A stretch of 64,000 bases of DNA. Source: Eledone cirrhosa (taxonomy: Eukaryota). Below are positions 14,026 to 27,289 of the stretch, piece after piece. Made by a program: the position numbers and the translations under genes. A model generated the notes under the pieces. It had not been told where the DNA came from. It searched no databases and saw only the letters and a list, made by a program, of their open reading frames with translations. The stretch's first letter is position 1, and every line of letters begins with the position of its first letter. The DNA is taken from assembly GCA_964016885.1 (NCBI GenBank), contig OZ024755.1, positions 40,176,001 to 40,240,000 of the forward strand. The letters are read 5' to 3'.

Positions 14026-15061
14026 AGCTTAGTTGTTTCCTTGATAAATCTTTTGTAGCCTCCATCAATAGAAATATATTATTTATCAGTGAGACATGAA
14101 AACATATTACACCTCTAGCACTGATTACTTTTTCAGACTATAACCCCCCCCCCCCCCCCCCCCCCCACCCTCTCTCTCTCCCTGCCCCATGCCCCCTCTC
14201 CCTCCACCCTCTCCTCCCACCTTCTCTCCCCCCTCTCTCCCCCTGCACCCCCTCTCTCTCTCATTCCTACTTATTCTACATTACAAAGTCTCCAAAAGAC
14301 GAGATTCTGTCCGACGTCTTCCTATAAAATCTAACCAACTTCATTAAACCTGTTTACTGACTGTGTTGTGTGTGTGTGTGCCGTGTGTGTCTATGTGTGT
14401 ATGTGTGTGTTGTACGTGTGTGGTGTGTGTGTGATGTGTCTCTGCGTGTGTCTGTGTGTGCTGTGTGTCTATGTATTCTGTGTGTGTGTGTGTGTAAGTC
14501 TGTGTGTGAGAGTGTGTCTGTGTGTGTGTTTGAGTGTGTGAGTGTTCCAGTGTGTGCCTGTGAGGTGTGTGTGTGTGTGTGTGTAAGTCTGTGTATATGT
14601 GTGTGTGTCTGTGTGAGAGTGTCTGTGTGTGTGTGAGTGTGCCAGTGTGTGTCTATGTGTGTCTGTGTGTGAGCCGTGTGTGTCTATGTGTTTCTGTGTG
14701 TGTTGTACGTGTGTGTGGTATGTGTGTGTGATGTGTCTCTGTGTGTGCTGTGTGTCTATGTATTATGTATGTGTCTGTCTGTGTGTGTGTTTGAGTTTGT
14801 GAGTATGCCAGTGTGTGTCTGTGAGGTGTATGTGTCTGAGATAGAGAGAGTATGTGTTGATGTATCATAGTTGCAACCATAATATTTCATTGCCTGGTAT
14901 CTCGTACAAATATCATTAACCATAGCTTATCATCAATACAGGCGTTGTCGGTGACACTGTGTAGACGGAAACTACATGGAAGCCCGTCAGATCGACTAAA
15001 CTTGTAATTCAAAGTACCAAACTTGACCACAGTTTCATGCTGGATTTCTCTGAGAATTACT

Positions 15062-15290
15062 TTAACCCTGTAGCATTTAAACCGACCGTATCCTGCCAGA
15101 GTTCTCTCATCTTTTTCTATTCACATCAGCTGTAATCAGCCACTCATACTGATGTTAAGGTATTTTTCTCAAGATAAATAATACTAAAAGCTTATTGATT
15201 TGATATTATGTGAGATAATTATGTGAGGTAAAGCCTTTACCATGAACATATAATAGTATATATAGAGCAATGTAAATGCTAATGGGTAAA
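15062..15290. mobile_element. piggyBac-type MITE, decayed
   Basis: TTAA-CCCTGTAGCATTTA ... TAAATGCTAATGGG-TAAA: 14 bp TIRs (12/14 match) starting CCC, with a TTAA-like TSD. Confidence 0.65.
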
Positions 15291-15549
15291 GGATCCACGT
15301 GTTTGTTCAGTCCTCAGTCTCTTACAAAGTGTTCTGTTGACCGAACATCTGCCACAAACATAGCCGAAACTGATGCAGATTCCATTCATATTTCGATTGT
15401 TTAGTATTCAATGGTATTGTGATGACTACTTTGTGGATGTGAATACAGTAGAATCATTTAGTCCTGAGAAGATTTATTCAATGAAATCTATTCATATTTC
15501 ATGTTAATAGCTAAGAACATGTGTTACATATTGAAGGAGTTCTCAAAGA

Positions 15550-17056
15550 CAGGTATAACACAGCTGCTACACATTTCAATAAATGTGTTTTACATTGAAA
15601 TAATTCTCAGAGTTAGGTATAACACAGCTGCTACACACTTCAATAAATGTGTTTTACATTGAAATAATTCTGAGTTAGGTATAACACAGCTGCTACACAC
15701 TTCAATAAATGTGTTTTACATTGAAATAATTCTCAGAGTTAGGTATAACACAGCTGCTACACTCTTGAATAAACGTGTTTCACATTGAAATAATTCTCAG
15801 AGTTAGGTATAACACAGCTGCTACACTCTTGAATAAACGTGTTTCACATTGAAATAATTCTCAGAGTTAGGTATAACACAGCTGCTACACTCTTGAATAA
15901 ATATGTTTCACGTTGAAATCATTCTCAGAGTTAGGTATAACACAGCTGCTACACTCTTGAATAAATATGTTTCACATTGAAATAATTCTCAGAGTTAGGT
16001 ATAACACAGCTGCTACACACTTGAACAAATGTGTTTCACATTGAAATCATTCTCAGAGTTAGGTATAACACAGCTGCTACACACTTGAACAAATGTGTTT
16101 CACATTGAAATCATTCTCAGAGTTAGGTATAACACAGCTGCTACACTCTTGAATAAACGTGTTTCACATTGAAATCATTCTCAGAGTTAGGTATAACACA
16201 GCTGCTACACACTTGAATAAACGTGTTTCACATTGAAATAATTCTCAGAGTTAGGTATAACACAGCTGCTACACACTTGAATAAATATGTTTCACGTTGA
16301 AATAATTCTCAGAGTTAGGTATAACACAGCTGCTACACACTTGAACAAATGTGTTTCACATTGAAATCATTCTCAGAGTTAGGTATAACACAGCAGCTAC
16401 GCACTTGAATAAATGTGTTTCACATTGAAATAATTCTCAGAGTTAGGTATAACACAGCTGCTACACACTTGAATAAATGTGTTTCACATTGAAATAATTC
16501 TCAGAGTTAGGTATAACACAGCTGCTACACACTTGAATAAACGTGTTTCACATTGAAATAATTCTCAGAGTTAGGTATAACACAGCTGCTACACACTTGA
16601 ATAAATGTGTTTCACATTGAAATAATTCTCAGAGTTAGGTATAACACAGCGGCTACACACTTGAATAAACGTGTTTCACATTGAAATAATTCTCAGAGTT
16701 AGGTATAACACAGCTGCTACACACTTGAATAAATGTGTTTCACATTGAAATAATTCTCAGAGTTAGGTATAACACAGCTGCTACACACTTGAATAAATGT
16801 GTTTCATATTGAAATAATTCTCAGAGTTAGGTATAACACAGCTGCTACACACTTGAATAAATGTGTTTCACATTGAAATAATTCTCAGAGTTAGGTATAA
16901 CACAGCTGCTACACACTTGAATAAACGTGTTTTACATTGAAATAATTCTCAGAGTTAGGTATAACACAGCTGCTACACACTTGAATAAATGTGTTTTACA
17001 TTGAAATAATTCTCAGAGTTAGGTATAACACAGCTGCTACACACTTGAATAAATGT
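15550..17056. repeat. 64 bp minisatellite, ~23 copies
   Basis: Unit aggtataacacagctgctacacacttgaataaatgtgtttcacattgaaataattctcagagtt (e.g. 16381, 16445). Confidence 0.97.
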
Positions 17057-17582
17057 TTCTGGAGGATTCTGGAGGAATTTGAGAGTGGGACGTTATAGAA
17101 TTAAAGGTTAATAAATTGATATTAAAATCTAAAAATAATAAAATTAAATAGTAAAAAGTAATTAAAAAAATCTATAGAGTCTAAAGCAGCTGCTATATTT
17201 TTAGTTGGTATTGCGTTTTCGGCCAATGCACTTACTGGGGTGGGGGTAATCAGGCTACAAAAGCCCGATAGGCTGCCTCGGGGTAGGCGAAAGAGGAAAA
17301 AGGAAAAGGAAGAGGGGAGGGAGTGGAAGGAAGTGATAAGAAGAGATAAAGGGAAAAAGAAAAGAAAAGAAAAAGAAAAGAAGTACATCTACCTATGTAT
17401 GTTAGGGTTTCCCCTATCTTGTTCGGCAAGTGGGGAAAAGAAGGATGTGGCAGCCTTTGTCTACCCACCCGGGTCATGAGGGGGTTTGAGGTTGAGGTAA
17501 GTACTACGCAATCGGTGTTTACATGCAGTTATAAGTTTTGACCAATCCTTTTGACAACTATAATATTCCCATATAAGGAATT

Positions 17583-17677
17583 ACCCCTTGAAAAGTTTGG
17601 TTATTTATTACCACGCTAAATATTCTAATTTAGTCCTGAAATAGCCGTCGAAACGGCTTGAGCTCTGCCCTCGGGGT
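17583..17677 (+). ncRNA. Hammerhead, U3-A8 variant, family beta, partly decayed
   Basis: ACCCC-TTGAAAA-GTTTGGTTATTT..AAATAGCCGTC-GAAAC-GGCTTGAGCTCTGCC-CTC^GGGGT. The element 3' tail runs to 17768, then (TA)n. Confidence 0.6.
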
Positions 17678-17767
17678 TAAACATTTTCCTATTACCCACT
17701 CTACTACCCTAAGTATTGAGTACTCTGGTGCGTTATGGTCCATCTGATGCCTTCCACACCTCCTTCG

Positions 17768-17852
<85 letters not shown>

Positions 17853-17853
<1 letters not shown>

Positions 17854-20242
17854 TTCGTTTCTGAATTTGTTTAGCAAGATTCTTTATCTGAAATCGTGTG
17901 TTGGAACCGATATTGTTATGCTTTGGGAGGGTCATGTTGCCAATAAGAAACACACGCACCAGTTGATTTCACTTCAATTTATTATAAATTAAATTTATAA
18001 ATTTAGGAATTTATAAATTTCCCGTTGGTTGGTTGGTTCCACAACCAGACGATTGTTCATATATTGTCAAAGTTCGTTCGTCGCACATTCTGTGACCTCT
18101 TCAGTGACTGGGGATTCTTTTCTTTGTTTTTGTGCCTCTCCTTTGTTCTGTCCTACGCCATCTTGTGTTTGTGTGTGTTGTGTGCTTAGTTTGCGCATGT
18201 GTTACAACCGGATGTCTGTGTGTGTTTATATTTGTTTATTTATTTGTTTATTTACATGTTACTGGTTGGTTGTTTGTTCTATGTGTGTGTGTTTTCATTT
18301 TGTCCTTAATTGTAAGTTGTGATGTTGCTGTTCCACTCATGTTTTCTATTTAATTTGGGTTGTAATTCTTTTATGTTTATTGCCTCTGTGATTTGTCTAA
18401 ACATTGCGTCTTTTCTGTGTGTAGATTCTATTTTTATTTCTATGTTCTCTAATTTACCCTTATGTTCTATCTTAGCATGTTGGTAGAGTACAGATGATTA
18501 TCTACTATCTTGAAGCTCTCGCCAGTGTTCATTTATCCGTTCTCCTATACTACGAGCTGTCTCACCTATGTACACTATATTTTTGTCTCTACATTGTCCT
18601 TCAGTACATCTTATGCTATATACTACATTTATAGTTTAACAGTTAATATAGGGGCTTAGTTTACAGATTATACATTTCTTATCTATACAGGTAGGTCTTT
18701 GAAAAGGGTGTGTATTGCTAATAAGTGTTTTTATGGAGGTATCTGGTCTTTCTACTATCTTAATATTGAGTTTATGTTTATCTAGGGCCCTTCTAAATTT
18801 GTAAGCTAATTCACCTCTAGGGGTTGTATTGATGAACATTACACTCTGGTATTTATTGCTATCATACCATGAGTTTATTCTATTAACCTTATTCCTAGTT
18901 ATTTCTATTCTATTGCCAAATTTGCTCCTATACAAGAGGCAGGTCCCATTTGAATCATTATTTAACATTTTTTCCCATTTGGTTCTTGCTCCTCTATATA
19001 CTCTGATTTTTGTTATTAATGGTTTCTAACCAGAGCTCTGTGTCTAGTACAGGTAATCAATGGGTGGGGTGTTTGCTTGGGTAGTCTATAGTAACTCTAA
19101 TACTCTGGTGGGTGGAGTTAGCTATTTGCTGGATGCTTTCCATGGTGTTTTTCTCTAATTTCTGACTGTTCTCTAGTGGGGGGTGTTTTTACTACGATGT
19201 TTATATCATCAATGTAACGGGAGTACATTATCAGGGTTAAGAGGTTGCACTCTTCTAATTGTTCTTTAAGTTTTTTGGTCCCACCATACCATAAATAGGT
19301 TAGCTATGTCACCTGCAATGCTAACGCCAATGGCTGCTCCCTCCTCTTGGGCATATGTTTTTCCATTAAATTTGAACATATGTTGCTTAAGGGTTAGTTT
19401 TATATTGGCCCCTACCACATGTGCAATCATTTTCTTTAGTTCATCATGACTACCCAAGCAAACACCCCAACCATCGATTACCTATACTAGACACAGAGCT
19501 CGGGTTAGAAACCATTAATAACAAAAAACAAATCATCCATTCCCATTATGCCAAACCCATGACTTCCAAATATCTGATCCACCGTACCTCAGCGGTTTCG
19601 GATCATACCAAAATCAACATACTGATTGCGGATTTAGTACGGGTGATGAGGAACGCGTCCCGCATGTGCAACCCCAAAGTACTAGAGAGACACATACAAC
19701 ACTTCATCCACCGTATGCAGTTCTCTGGCTACAATCAGAGAGATAAAATCAGAGTATATAGAGGAGCCAGAACCAAATGGGAAAAATGATAAATAATGAT
19801 TCAAATGGGACCTGCCCCTTGTACAGGAGCAAATTTTGAAATAGAATAGAAAGAACTAGGAATAAGGTTAGTAGAATAAACTCATGGTATGATAGCAATA
19901 AATACCAGAGTGTAATGTTCATCAATACAACCCCTAGAGGTGAACCAGCTTACAAATTTAGAAGGGCCCTAGATAAAATTAAACTAAATATTAAGATAGT
20001 AGAAAGACCAGGTACCTCCATAAAAACACTTATTAGCAAGACATACCCTTTTCAAAGACCTCCCCGTATAGATAAGAAATGTATAATCTGTAAACTAAGC
20101 CCCCATATTAACTGCAAAACTAGTAACATAGTATATAGCATAAGATGTACTGAAGGACAATGTAAAGATAAGAATATAGTGTACATAGGTGAGACAGCTC
20201 GTAGTATAGGAGAACGATTAAATGACCCTCCCAAAGTAGAAC

Positions 20243-20243
<1 letters not shown>
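17853..20243 (-). mobile_element. PLE-A copy 3 with a large inverted arm (19446-20243, + strand)
   Basis: Minus arm 17853-19445 (3' UTR to RT, with an internal deletion near 19010). Plus arm runs from the RT thumb to GIY-YIG and then jumps to the terminal atgaccctcccaaagta motif. Confidence 0.9.
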
Positions 20244-20280
<37 letters not shown>

Positions 20281-20393
20281 CACCAATCTCTCCTCTCCTA
20301 TCTCCATCTCTCTCTTTAAGATTGGTTACTCTTGAAATGAGAAAGAGGCTTTGCTTGGATTTCTCCCGACACCGCAGTATATATGTCGGTTTA

Positions 20394-20461
<68 letters not shown>

Positions 20462-21137
20462 CGTATCAATGTATGTATCAACATGGAAATCGAAACTATG
20501 TTAGACAACAGTCATGTAAAACACACAATCGATTACAAACGATCAAAACCTTCACTTGACTATTAAGAGATATACAATCTGTGCTGTTAGAATATAAACG
20601 TTACTGTAGAGTGCACGGGTATATATGTGTATATCGACATTTTTTTTAATAAAATACTCATCCTCTATCAATTTTATTATCTTTTGAGATAAATAGAAGA
20701 TCTGCAAGCTATTAAATACTGACATTTAATATTTTGTACTTCACAAGTTACGACAAATTGAATTGCGAATCTTAAAATGATTGCATCGTACAAAATATTA
20801 TAATACAAAGAATAATATTCCTGGTTAAAAGGATATATATAATAGTAGCTGTGGGTATGTATACGGGTGTATGTATCTTTGAATGTATGTATGATAACAT
20901 GCGTATATATATATATATATAATCAATCACATTTTTTTATTTGTTTGATCCGAATTACTTGGTCGTTTCTATGGCTGTGCGGATAATGGTTTAACCATCG
21001 GCTCGGTGTGTTTGGCCGTTTACCGTATGTTGTAGCTCTGGTTCGTTAGAATTTATTGAGCGCTTGCCACACATCTCGGAAGTTGTTTTTCACTAATTTC
21101 CAAAAGCAAGCCGAAATACGATTCTCGCTAATTTATA

Positions 21138-21217
<80 letters not shown>

Positions 21218-21219
<2 letters not shown>

Positions 21220-21829
21220 AGGTCACCAGTTGGTGCTACTGGTATCATGTATCCCAGTACAACCTGTCCCATGGTCGGGTCGTTGGCGACTAAACTGGCA
21301 ACCCCACCAAGGTTTCTTGGTGAAGAGCGTGACTTTGGACATCCTGCAGGACTAAAAACAAAACCTGTCAAAGGGCAAAGGAGCTCTTAAGAGTCAATGG
21401 CCATCCACAATCACTGGGAGAGATGACCCCTTAGCCTTTGTCAAGGCAGAATTCTAGGAGAAGGAAAACTCTGATATAACACCTGCAACCCTGATGGTTT
21501 CCAATGATATTGACTTGTTCTTCTTTTTGGTAAATATCATCTTGGTTAAGAGAGTGGGACTGGCTTTGTGCAGTGCCTTTGCTAATTATAAAAGCTTCAC
21601 GGCACAGGCATTGCTTTATATCTGGAGATCTCTGATCTCTCTGCACTTGTCGTCACATGGTACCATGGGCCCAGCACTGTGTCAATAATTGTCACAAGTG
21701 TAGTGTTTGTACCAGAGTTTTCAAGTCGCTGGCTGGACTAAAAAGTGACACTCGTTCAGCGCATTGGTAGGGGTTCTCCTACATGGATATAAAGTAGTGG
21801 ACGTACTCGAAAACGAGTTGGCAGCCACC

Positions 21830-21830
<1 letters not shown>
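21218..21830 (+). mobile_element. Non-autonomous RTE-like element, longer copy (~610 bp)
   Basis: Paralogue of 10559-11060 with ~110 bp of extra structured 5' sequence. The 3' end gtactcgaaaacgagttggcagccacc also resembles 30655-30692. Confidence 0.55.
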
Positions 21831-21860
<30 letters not shown>

Positions 21861-21971
21861 TTGCTCTGTGTCAATAACAACGTGTATGTTTGAACTAAGA
21901 ATGAACTTTGATGTATGTATCACTTTAAAACCCGTTCTGGGTCCTGTACTGAACATTCTGTAATTTTCTAT

Positions 21972-22012
21972 GCCCTTGAGAAGCCCTTTTCGGGCGAAAC
22001 GTACGTAGGTGC
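21972..22012 (+). ncRNA. Compact type I hammerhead, U3-A8 variant (family eta)
   Basis: GCCC-TTGAGAA-GCCC-TTTTC-GGGC-GAAAC-GTAC-GTA^GGTGC. Perfect 4 bp stem II and palindrome ACGTACGT. Lies in a ~210 bp insert between microsatellites. Confidence 0.75.
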
Positions 22013-22077
22013 TTTTATATAAACATGTTCTGACAGTATATATTCTCCTTTGTAATCCTTTCATTTATATATATCTA

Positions 22078-22150
<73 letters not shown>

Positions 22151-22218
22151 TTTTTTAAATGGAAGTTTCAATATTTTATGGTACGTCAAATTTATTTATA
22201 AAACTGCTTATATATTGT

Positions 22219-22282
22219 ATTTTATCTGAAGAAGGCATGCCATATTTTTAATATGGTATCCCTGAAATATGTATAATGAGAT
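22219..22282 (+). ncRNA. Minimal type I hammerhead (family epsilon)
   Basis: ATTTTAT-CTGAAGA-AGGCATGCCATATT-TTT-AATATGGTATCCCT-GAAA-TATGTA-TA^ATGAGAT, inside a 22150-22325 insert in (TA)n. Confidence 0.75.
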
Positions 22283-22320
22283 AAATATGGTTTTATAAAT
22301 ATAGTTTCCATTTGTTTAAT

Positions 22321-22389
<69 letters not shown>

Positions 22390-22391
<2 letters not shown>

Positions 22392-22955
22392 GTAATAAAA
22401 TGAAAACGAAATTTCATTTCTCACTCTTAGTACGGCACTTACTTAAATGTAAGTATGTATGTATACGTACATACATATATGTATACAGACGTACAGTAGC
22501 ATGCATATATATATATATATACATACAGGTACACATACATATATGTACGCATCAGTTTAGCGGACGCTTATTATAGCGCCCGCTTTGTTCGTTTGTAAAC
22601 AAACTGAACAGCCTGAATTTATGCCGCACGGTGTTAAGGCAACCACGTCACCTTTTTGTTCAACACTGACACTGGAACGATGTACTAGTTTCAAGCTTGT
22701 TAGCTATCATCAGCACCGTTTACCCATCTGCCAGATAGTTGAACGTTCGAAAGTATATAATTTCCTTATGAAAATTAACGGCTGAGCAGCCTAATTTGCA
22801 TATCGAGTGAGTTAAATCGGTCAGGCATACCGAAAACGATGAGTAGTAATAAAATGAAAACGAAATTTCACTTCTCACTCTTAGTACGGCACTTACTTAA
22901 ATGTAAGTATGTATGTATACGTACATACATATATGTATACAGACGTACAGTAGCA
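22390..22955 (-). mobile_element. Family delta copy 2: 454 bp unit with a ~105 bp direct terminal repeat
   Basis: gtaataaaatgaaaacgaaatttca recurs at 22392 and 22846. Homologous to 11076-11772. Confidence 0.8.
22678..22718 (-). ncRNA. Minimal type I hammerhead (family delta)
   Basis: Minus strand: CGGTG-CTGATGA-TAGCT-AACA-AGCTT-GAAA-CTAG-TA^CATCG. Stem I differs from the 11554 copy but remains fully paired. Confidence 0.82.
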
Positions 22956-23110
22956 ATTTTGTAAAAAGTTTTTTTAATTTATAATAAATTGGAGTGAAAC
23001 ACTGGTGCGTGTGTTTCTCATTGACAACATGACCCTCCCAAAGTATAACAATATCGGTTTCAACACACGTTTTCAAATAAAGAATCTTGTTAAACAAATT
23101 CAGAAACGAA
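22955..23110 (+). mobile_element. Solo 3' terminus of PLE-A
   Basis: Reverse complement of 4178-4335, ending in TA. Confidence 0.8.
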
Positions 23111-23397
23111 ATATATATATACATATATATATCAACACATTATATATATACACACATTTTCCAGTTTTCTATTTGACTTAGAAGTGAGGAGGATTCTAAT
23201 TTGGTATATCTCTTCACAAATAATATTGCGAAACGGTTCTATCAAAGACTATCTGGGTGATGGTTGTTACCACAATACTGGTTTGTATTTATTTTTGTTA
23301 ATTTATTCTTAAAGTGAGTCTAGCAAACCCTATTGTCTGTAGTTATAGTCCATCTGGTGCGCGATGGTCCATCTGGTTCCTTACCACAATTCCTTTG

Positions 23398-23482
<85 letters not shown>

Positions 23483-23621
23483 GTTAGAGAAAACGCAGGT
23501 AAGCATAATTGAGTGGCTGCTATTTGCAGTATAGCAATATAAGTTTGCACTTACCAATGAAACGGTCGTAAATACCTGGATTAAATCCTTCTCTTAATGC
23601 TTACCTGTGTTTTCTCTTTTA

Positions 23622-23668
<47 letters not shown>

Positions 23669-24012
23669 TACATACAATTTATGTATATTTCTAATTAATA
23701 ACCATAGAAATCTACATAAATTATATGTTTGTGCATATATATATATATATATATAAATGAAAAGTATAGAAATTATTGTAGCAAGAAGCCAACAGTATTC
23801 CATAATATATAAGTGACTATAACGTCAAAATGGAAAAATAGTTAACGTAAGATGTGGGAAAATAATTCAAGCACAATTCAAAAAGAATCAGGATATAGAT
23901 TCATCCACAGAATTTGGTGAAATCCAGGGAAAAATCAATAGAGCCTTAACTCAGAATAAAATAAAGTTTAAAATACTCATCCTTCAATATATATATATAT
24001 ATATATATATAT

Positions 24013-24215
24013 AGGAACCAGTAAGACCCCGACAGCTGAGCTCAAGCCGTTTCGACGGCTAATTCTGGACTAAAATTTAGTCCAGAATTAGCCGTCGAAA
24101 CGGCTTGAGCTCAGCTGTCGGGGTCTTACTGGTTCCTATTACCCACTCTACTACCTCAAGTATTGAGTACTTTGGTGCGTTATGGTCCACCTGGTTCCTT
24201 ACCACATTTCCTTCG

Positions 24216-24218
<3 letters not shown>
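24013..24218 (+). mobile_element. Family beta fold-back: ~62 bp arms plus an ~80 bp tail
   Basis: aggaaccagtaagaccccgacagc..ggactaaa|atttagtcc..gtcttactggttcct. Only the 3' half of the HHR is present. TA flanks. Confidence 0.85.
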
Positions 24219-24273
<55 letters not shown>

Positions 24274-24515
24274 ACCTTCCAGGGGTCCTGGTAAATTTTC
24301 AATCACATATATTGTTATTGTTTGACCCGAATTACTTGATCGTTTCTTTGACTGTGCAGATGTTTTGTTTAACCATCATCTCAGTGTGTTTGGCCTTTAA
24401 CGTATGTTGTAGCTCTGATTCATCTGAATCATCGAGCGCTTGCCATACATCTCTGAAGTTGTTTTTCGTTAATTCCTAAGCCGAAATACGATTCTCGCTA
24501 ATTTATATTTGTATA

Positions 24516-24558
<43 letters not shown>

Positions 24559-24906
24559 AAAACATACAATTTATGTAGATTTCTAATTACTAACCAGTCA
24601 GTTATATAAATGTCATTTTCTGTGTGAGTCTAATATTAAGTAGAGACTGATTTTCTTAAACTTAATTTCAAAGTTCATATGTAAATGGCAGAAAACGTTG
24701 GTGTTATTCTGTTGGTCAATCAAACAGAAGAAGCTGTATAATGTATACATGTCTATACCAGCGTTGTCACCGTGATTGCTTAGCTGATAACATCATACCA
24801 CATCTAATCAAATATCTTAATTAATTGACTCAGAGAAACAATATCTCCAGGTAAGCCATACAAATGGGCTGGAAGACATTCCAAGATTAAATTCTTTTCT
24901 TCTTTA

Positions 24907-27287
24907 ACTGGTGTCAGTCATTAGACAGTGGCCATGCTGGGGTACTGTTATGTTACTGGTGTCAGTCATTAGACAGTGGCCATGCTGGGGTATTGTTATG
25001 TTACTGGTGTCAGTCATTAGACTGTGGCCATGCTGGGGCACTGTTATGTTACTGGTGTCAGTCATTAGACTGTGGCCATGCTGGGGTATTGTTATGTTAC
25101 TGGTGTCAGTCATTAGACTGTGGCCATACTGGGGCACTGTTATGTTACTGGTGTCAGTCATTAGACTGTGGCCATGCTGGGGTATTGTTATGTTACTGGT
25201 GTCAGTCATTAGACTGTGGCCATACTGGGGCACTGTTATGTTACTGGTGTCAGTCATTAGACTGTGGCCATGCTGGGGTATTGTTATGTTACTGGTGTCA
25301 GTCATTAGACTGTGGCCATACTGGGGCACTGTTATGTTACTGGTGTCAGTCATTAGACTGTGGCCATGCTGGGGTAATGTTATGTTACTGGTGTCAGTCA
25401 TTAGACTGTGGCCATACTAGGGCACTGTAATGTTACTGGTGTCAGTCATTAGACTGTGGCCATACTGGGGCACTGTTATGTTACTGGTGTCAGTCATTAG
25501 ACTGTGGCCATGCTGGGTAACTGTTATGTTACTGGTATCAGTCATTAGACTGTGGCATATACTGGGGTACTGTTATGTTACTGGTGTCAGTCATTAGACT
25601 GTGGCCATACTGGGGTACTGTTATGTTACAGGTGTCAGTCATTAGACTGTGGCCATGCTGGGGCACTGTTATGTTACTGGTGTCAGTCATTAGACTGTGG
25701 CCATACTGGGTTACTGTTATGTTACTGGTGTCAGTCATTAGACTGTGGCCATACTGGGGTACTGTTATGTTACTGGTGTCAGTCATTAAACTGTGGCCAT
25801 GCTGGGGCACTGTTATGTTACTGGTGTCAGTCATTAGACTGTGGCCATGCTGGGGCACTGTTATGTTACTGGTGGCAGTCATTAGACTGTCGCCATACTG
25901 GGGCACTGTTATGTTACTGGTGTCAGTCATTAGACTGTGGCCAAGCTGGGGCACTGTTATGTTACTGGTGTCAGTCAATAGACTGTGGCCATGCTGGGGT
26001 ACTGTTATGTTACCGGTGTCAGTCATTAGACTGTGGCCATACTGGGGCACTGTTATGTTACTGGTGTCAATCAATAGACTGTGGCCATGCTGGGGTACTG
26101 TTATGTTACTGGTGTCAGTCATTAGACTGTGGCCATGCTGGGGCACTGTTATGTTACTGGTGTCAGTCATTAGACTGTGGCCATGCTGGGGCACTGTTCT
26201 GTTACTGGTGTCAGTCATTAGACTGTGGCCATACTGGGGCACTGTTATGTTACTGGTGTCAGTCAATAGACTGTGGCCATGCTGGAGCACTGTTCTGTTA
26301 CTGGTGTCAGTCATTAGACTGTGGCCATACTGCGGTACTGTTATGTTACTGGTGTCAGTCATTAGACTGTGGCCAAGCTGGGGCACTGTTATGTTACTGG
26401 TGTCAGTCATTAGACTGTGGCCATACTGGGTTACTGTTATGTTACTGGTGTCAGTCATTAGACTGTGGCCATACTGGGGTACTGTTATGTTACTGGTGTC
26501 AGTCATTAAACTGTGGCCATGCTGGGGCACTGTTATGTTACTGGTGTCAGTCATTAGACTGTGGCCATGCTGGGTCACTGTTATGTTACTGGTGGCAGTC
26601 ATTAGACTGTCGCCATACTGGGGCACTGTTATGTTACTGGTGTCAGTCATTAGACTGTGGCCAAGCTGGGGCACTGTTATGTTACTGGTGTCAGTCAATA
26701 GACTGTGGCCATGCTGGGGTACTGTTATGTTACCGGTGTCAGTCATTAGACTGTGGCCATACTGGGGCACTGTTATGTTACTGGTGTCAGTCAATAGACT
26801 GTGGCCATACTGGGGTACTGTTATGTTACTGGTGTCAGTCATTAGACTGTGGCAAAGCTGGGGCACTGTTATGTTATTGGTGTCAGTCATTAGACTGTGG
26901 CCATACTGGGGTATTGTTATGTTACTGGTGTCAGTCATTAGACTGTGGCCATACTGGAGTACTGTTATGTTACTGGTGTCAGTCATTAGACTGTGGCCAT
27001 ACTGGGGGCATTGTTCTGTTAATGGTGGCAGTCATTAGACTGTGGCCATGCTGGGGCACTGTAAAGTTACTGGTGTCAGTCATTAGGCTGTGGCCATACT
27101 GGGGCATTGTTCTATTACTGGTGGCAGTCATTAGACTGTTGCCATGCTGTGGCTCTGATATATTACTGGTGTCAGTCATTAGACTATGGCCATACTGGGG
27201 TACTTTTATGTTACTGGTGGCAGTCATTAGACTGTGGCCATACTGCGGCACTGTTATGTTACTGGTGTTTGTCAGTACTGGTGTTAA
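24907..27287. repeat. 48 bp minisatellite, ~49 copies
   Basis: Unit actggtgtcagtcattagactgtggccatgctggggcactgttatgtt (24907, 24955, ...). Confidence 0.97.
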
Positions 27288-27289
27288 GG

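Noticed and set aside
13688-14068. Extensin-like SPPPP ORF
   Set aside because: Product of a GGT-rich tandem repeat, with no gene structure.
15550-17056. 64 bp array (and the 48 and 78 bp arrays) as a CRISPR array
   Set aside because: No unique spacers and no cas genes; eukaryotic context. These are plain minisatellites.
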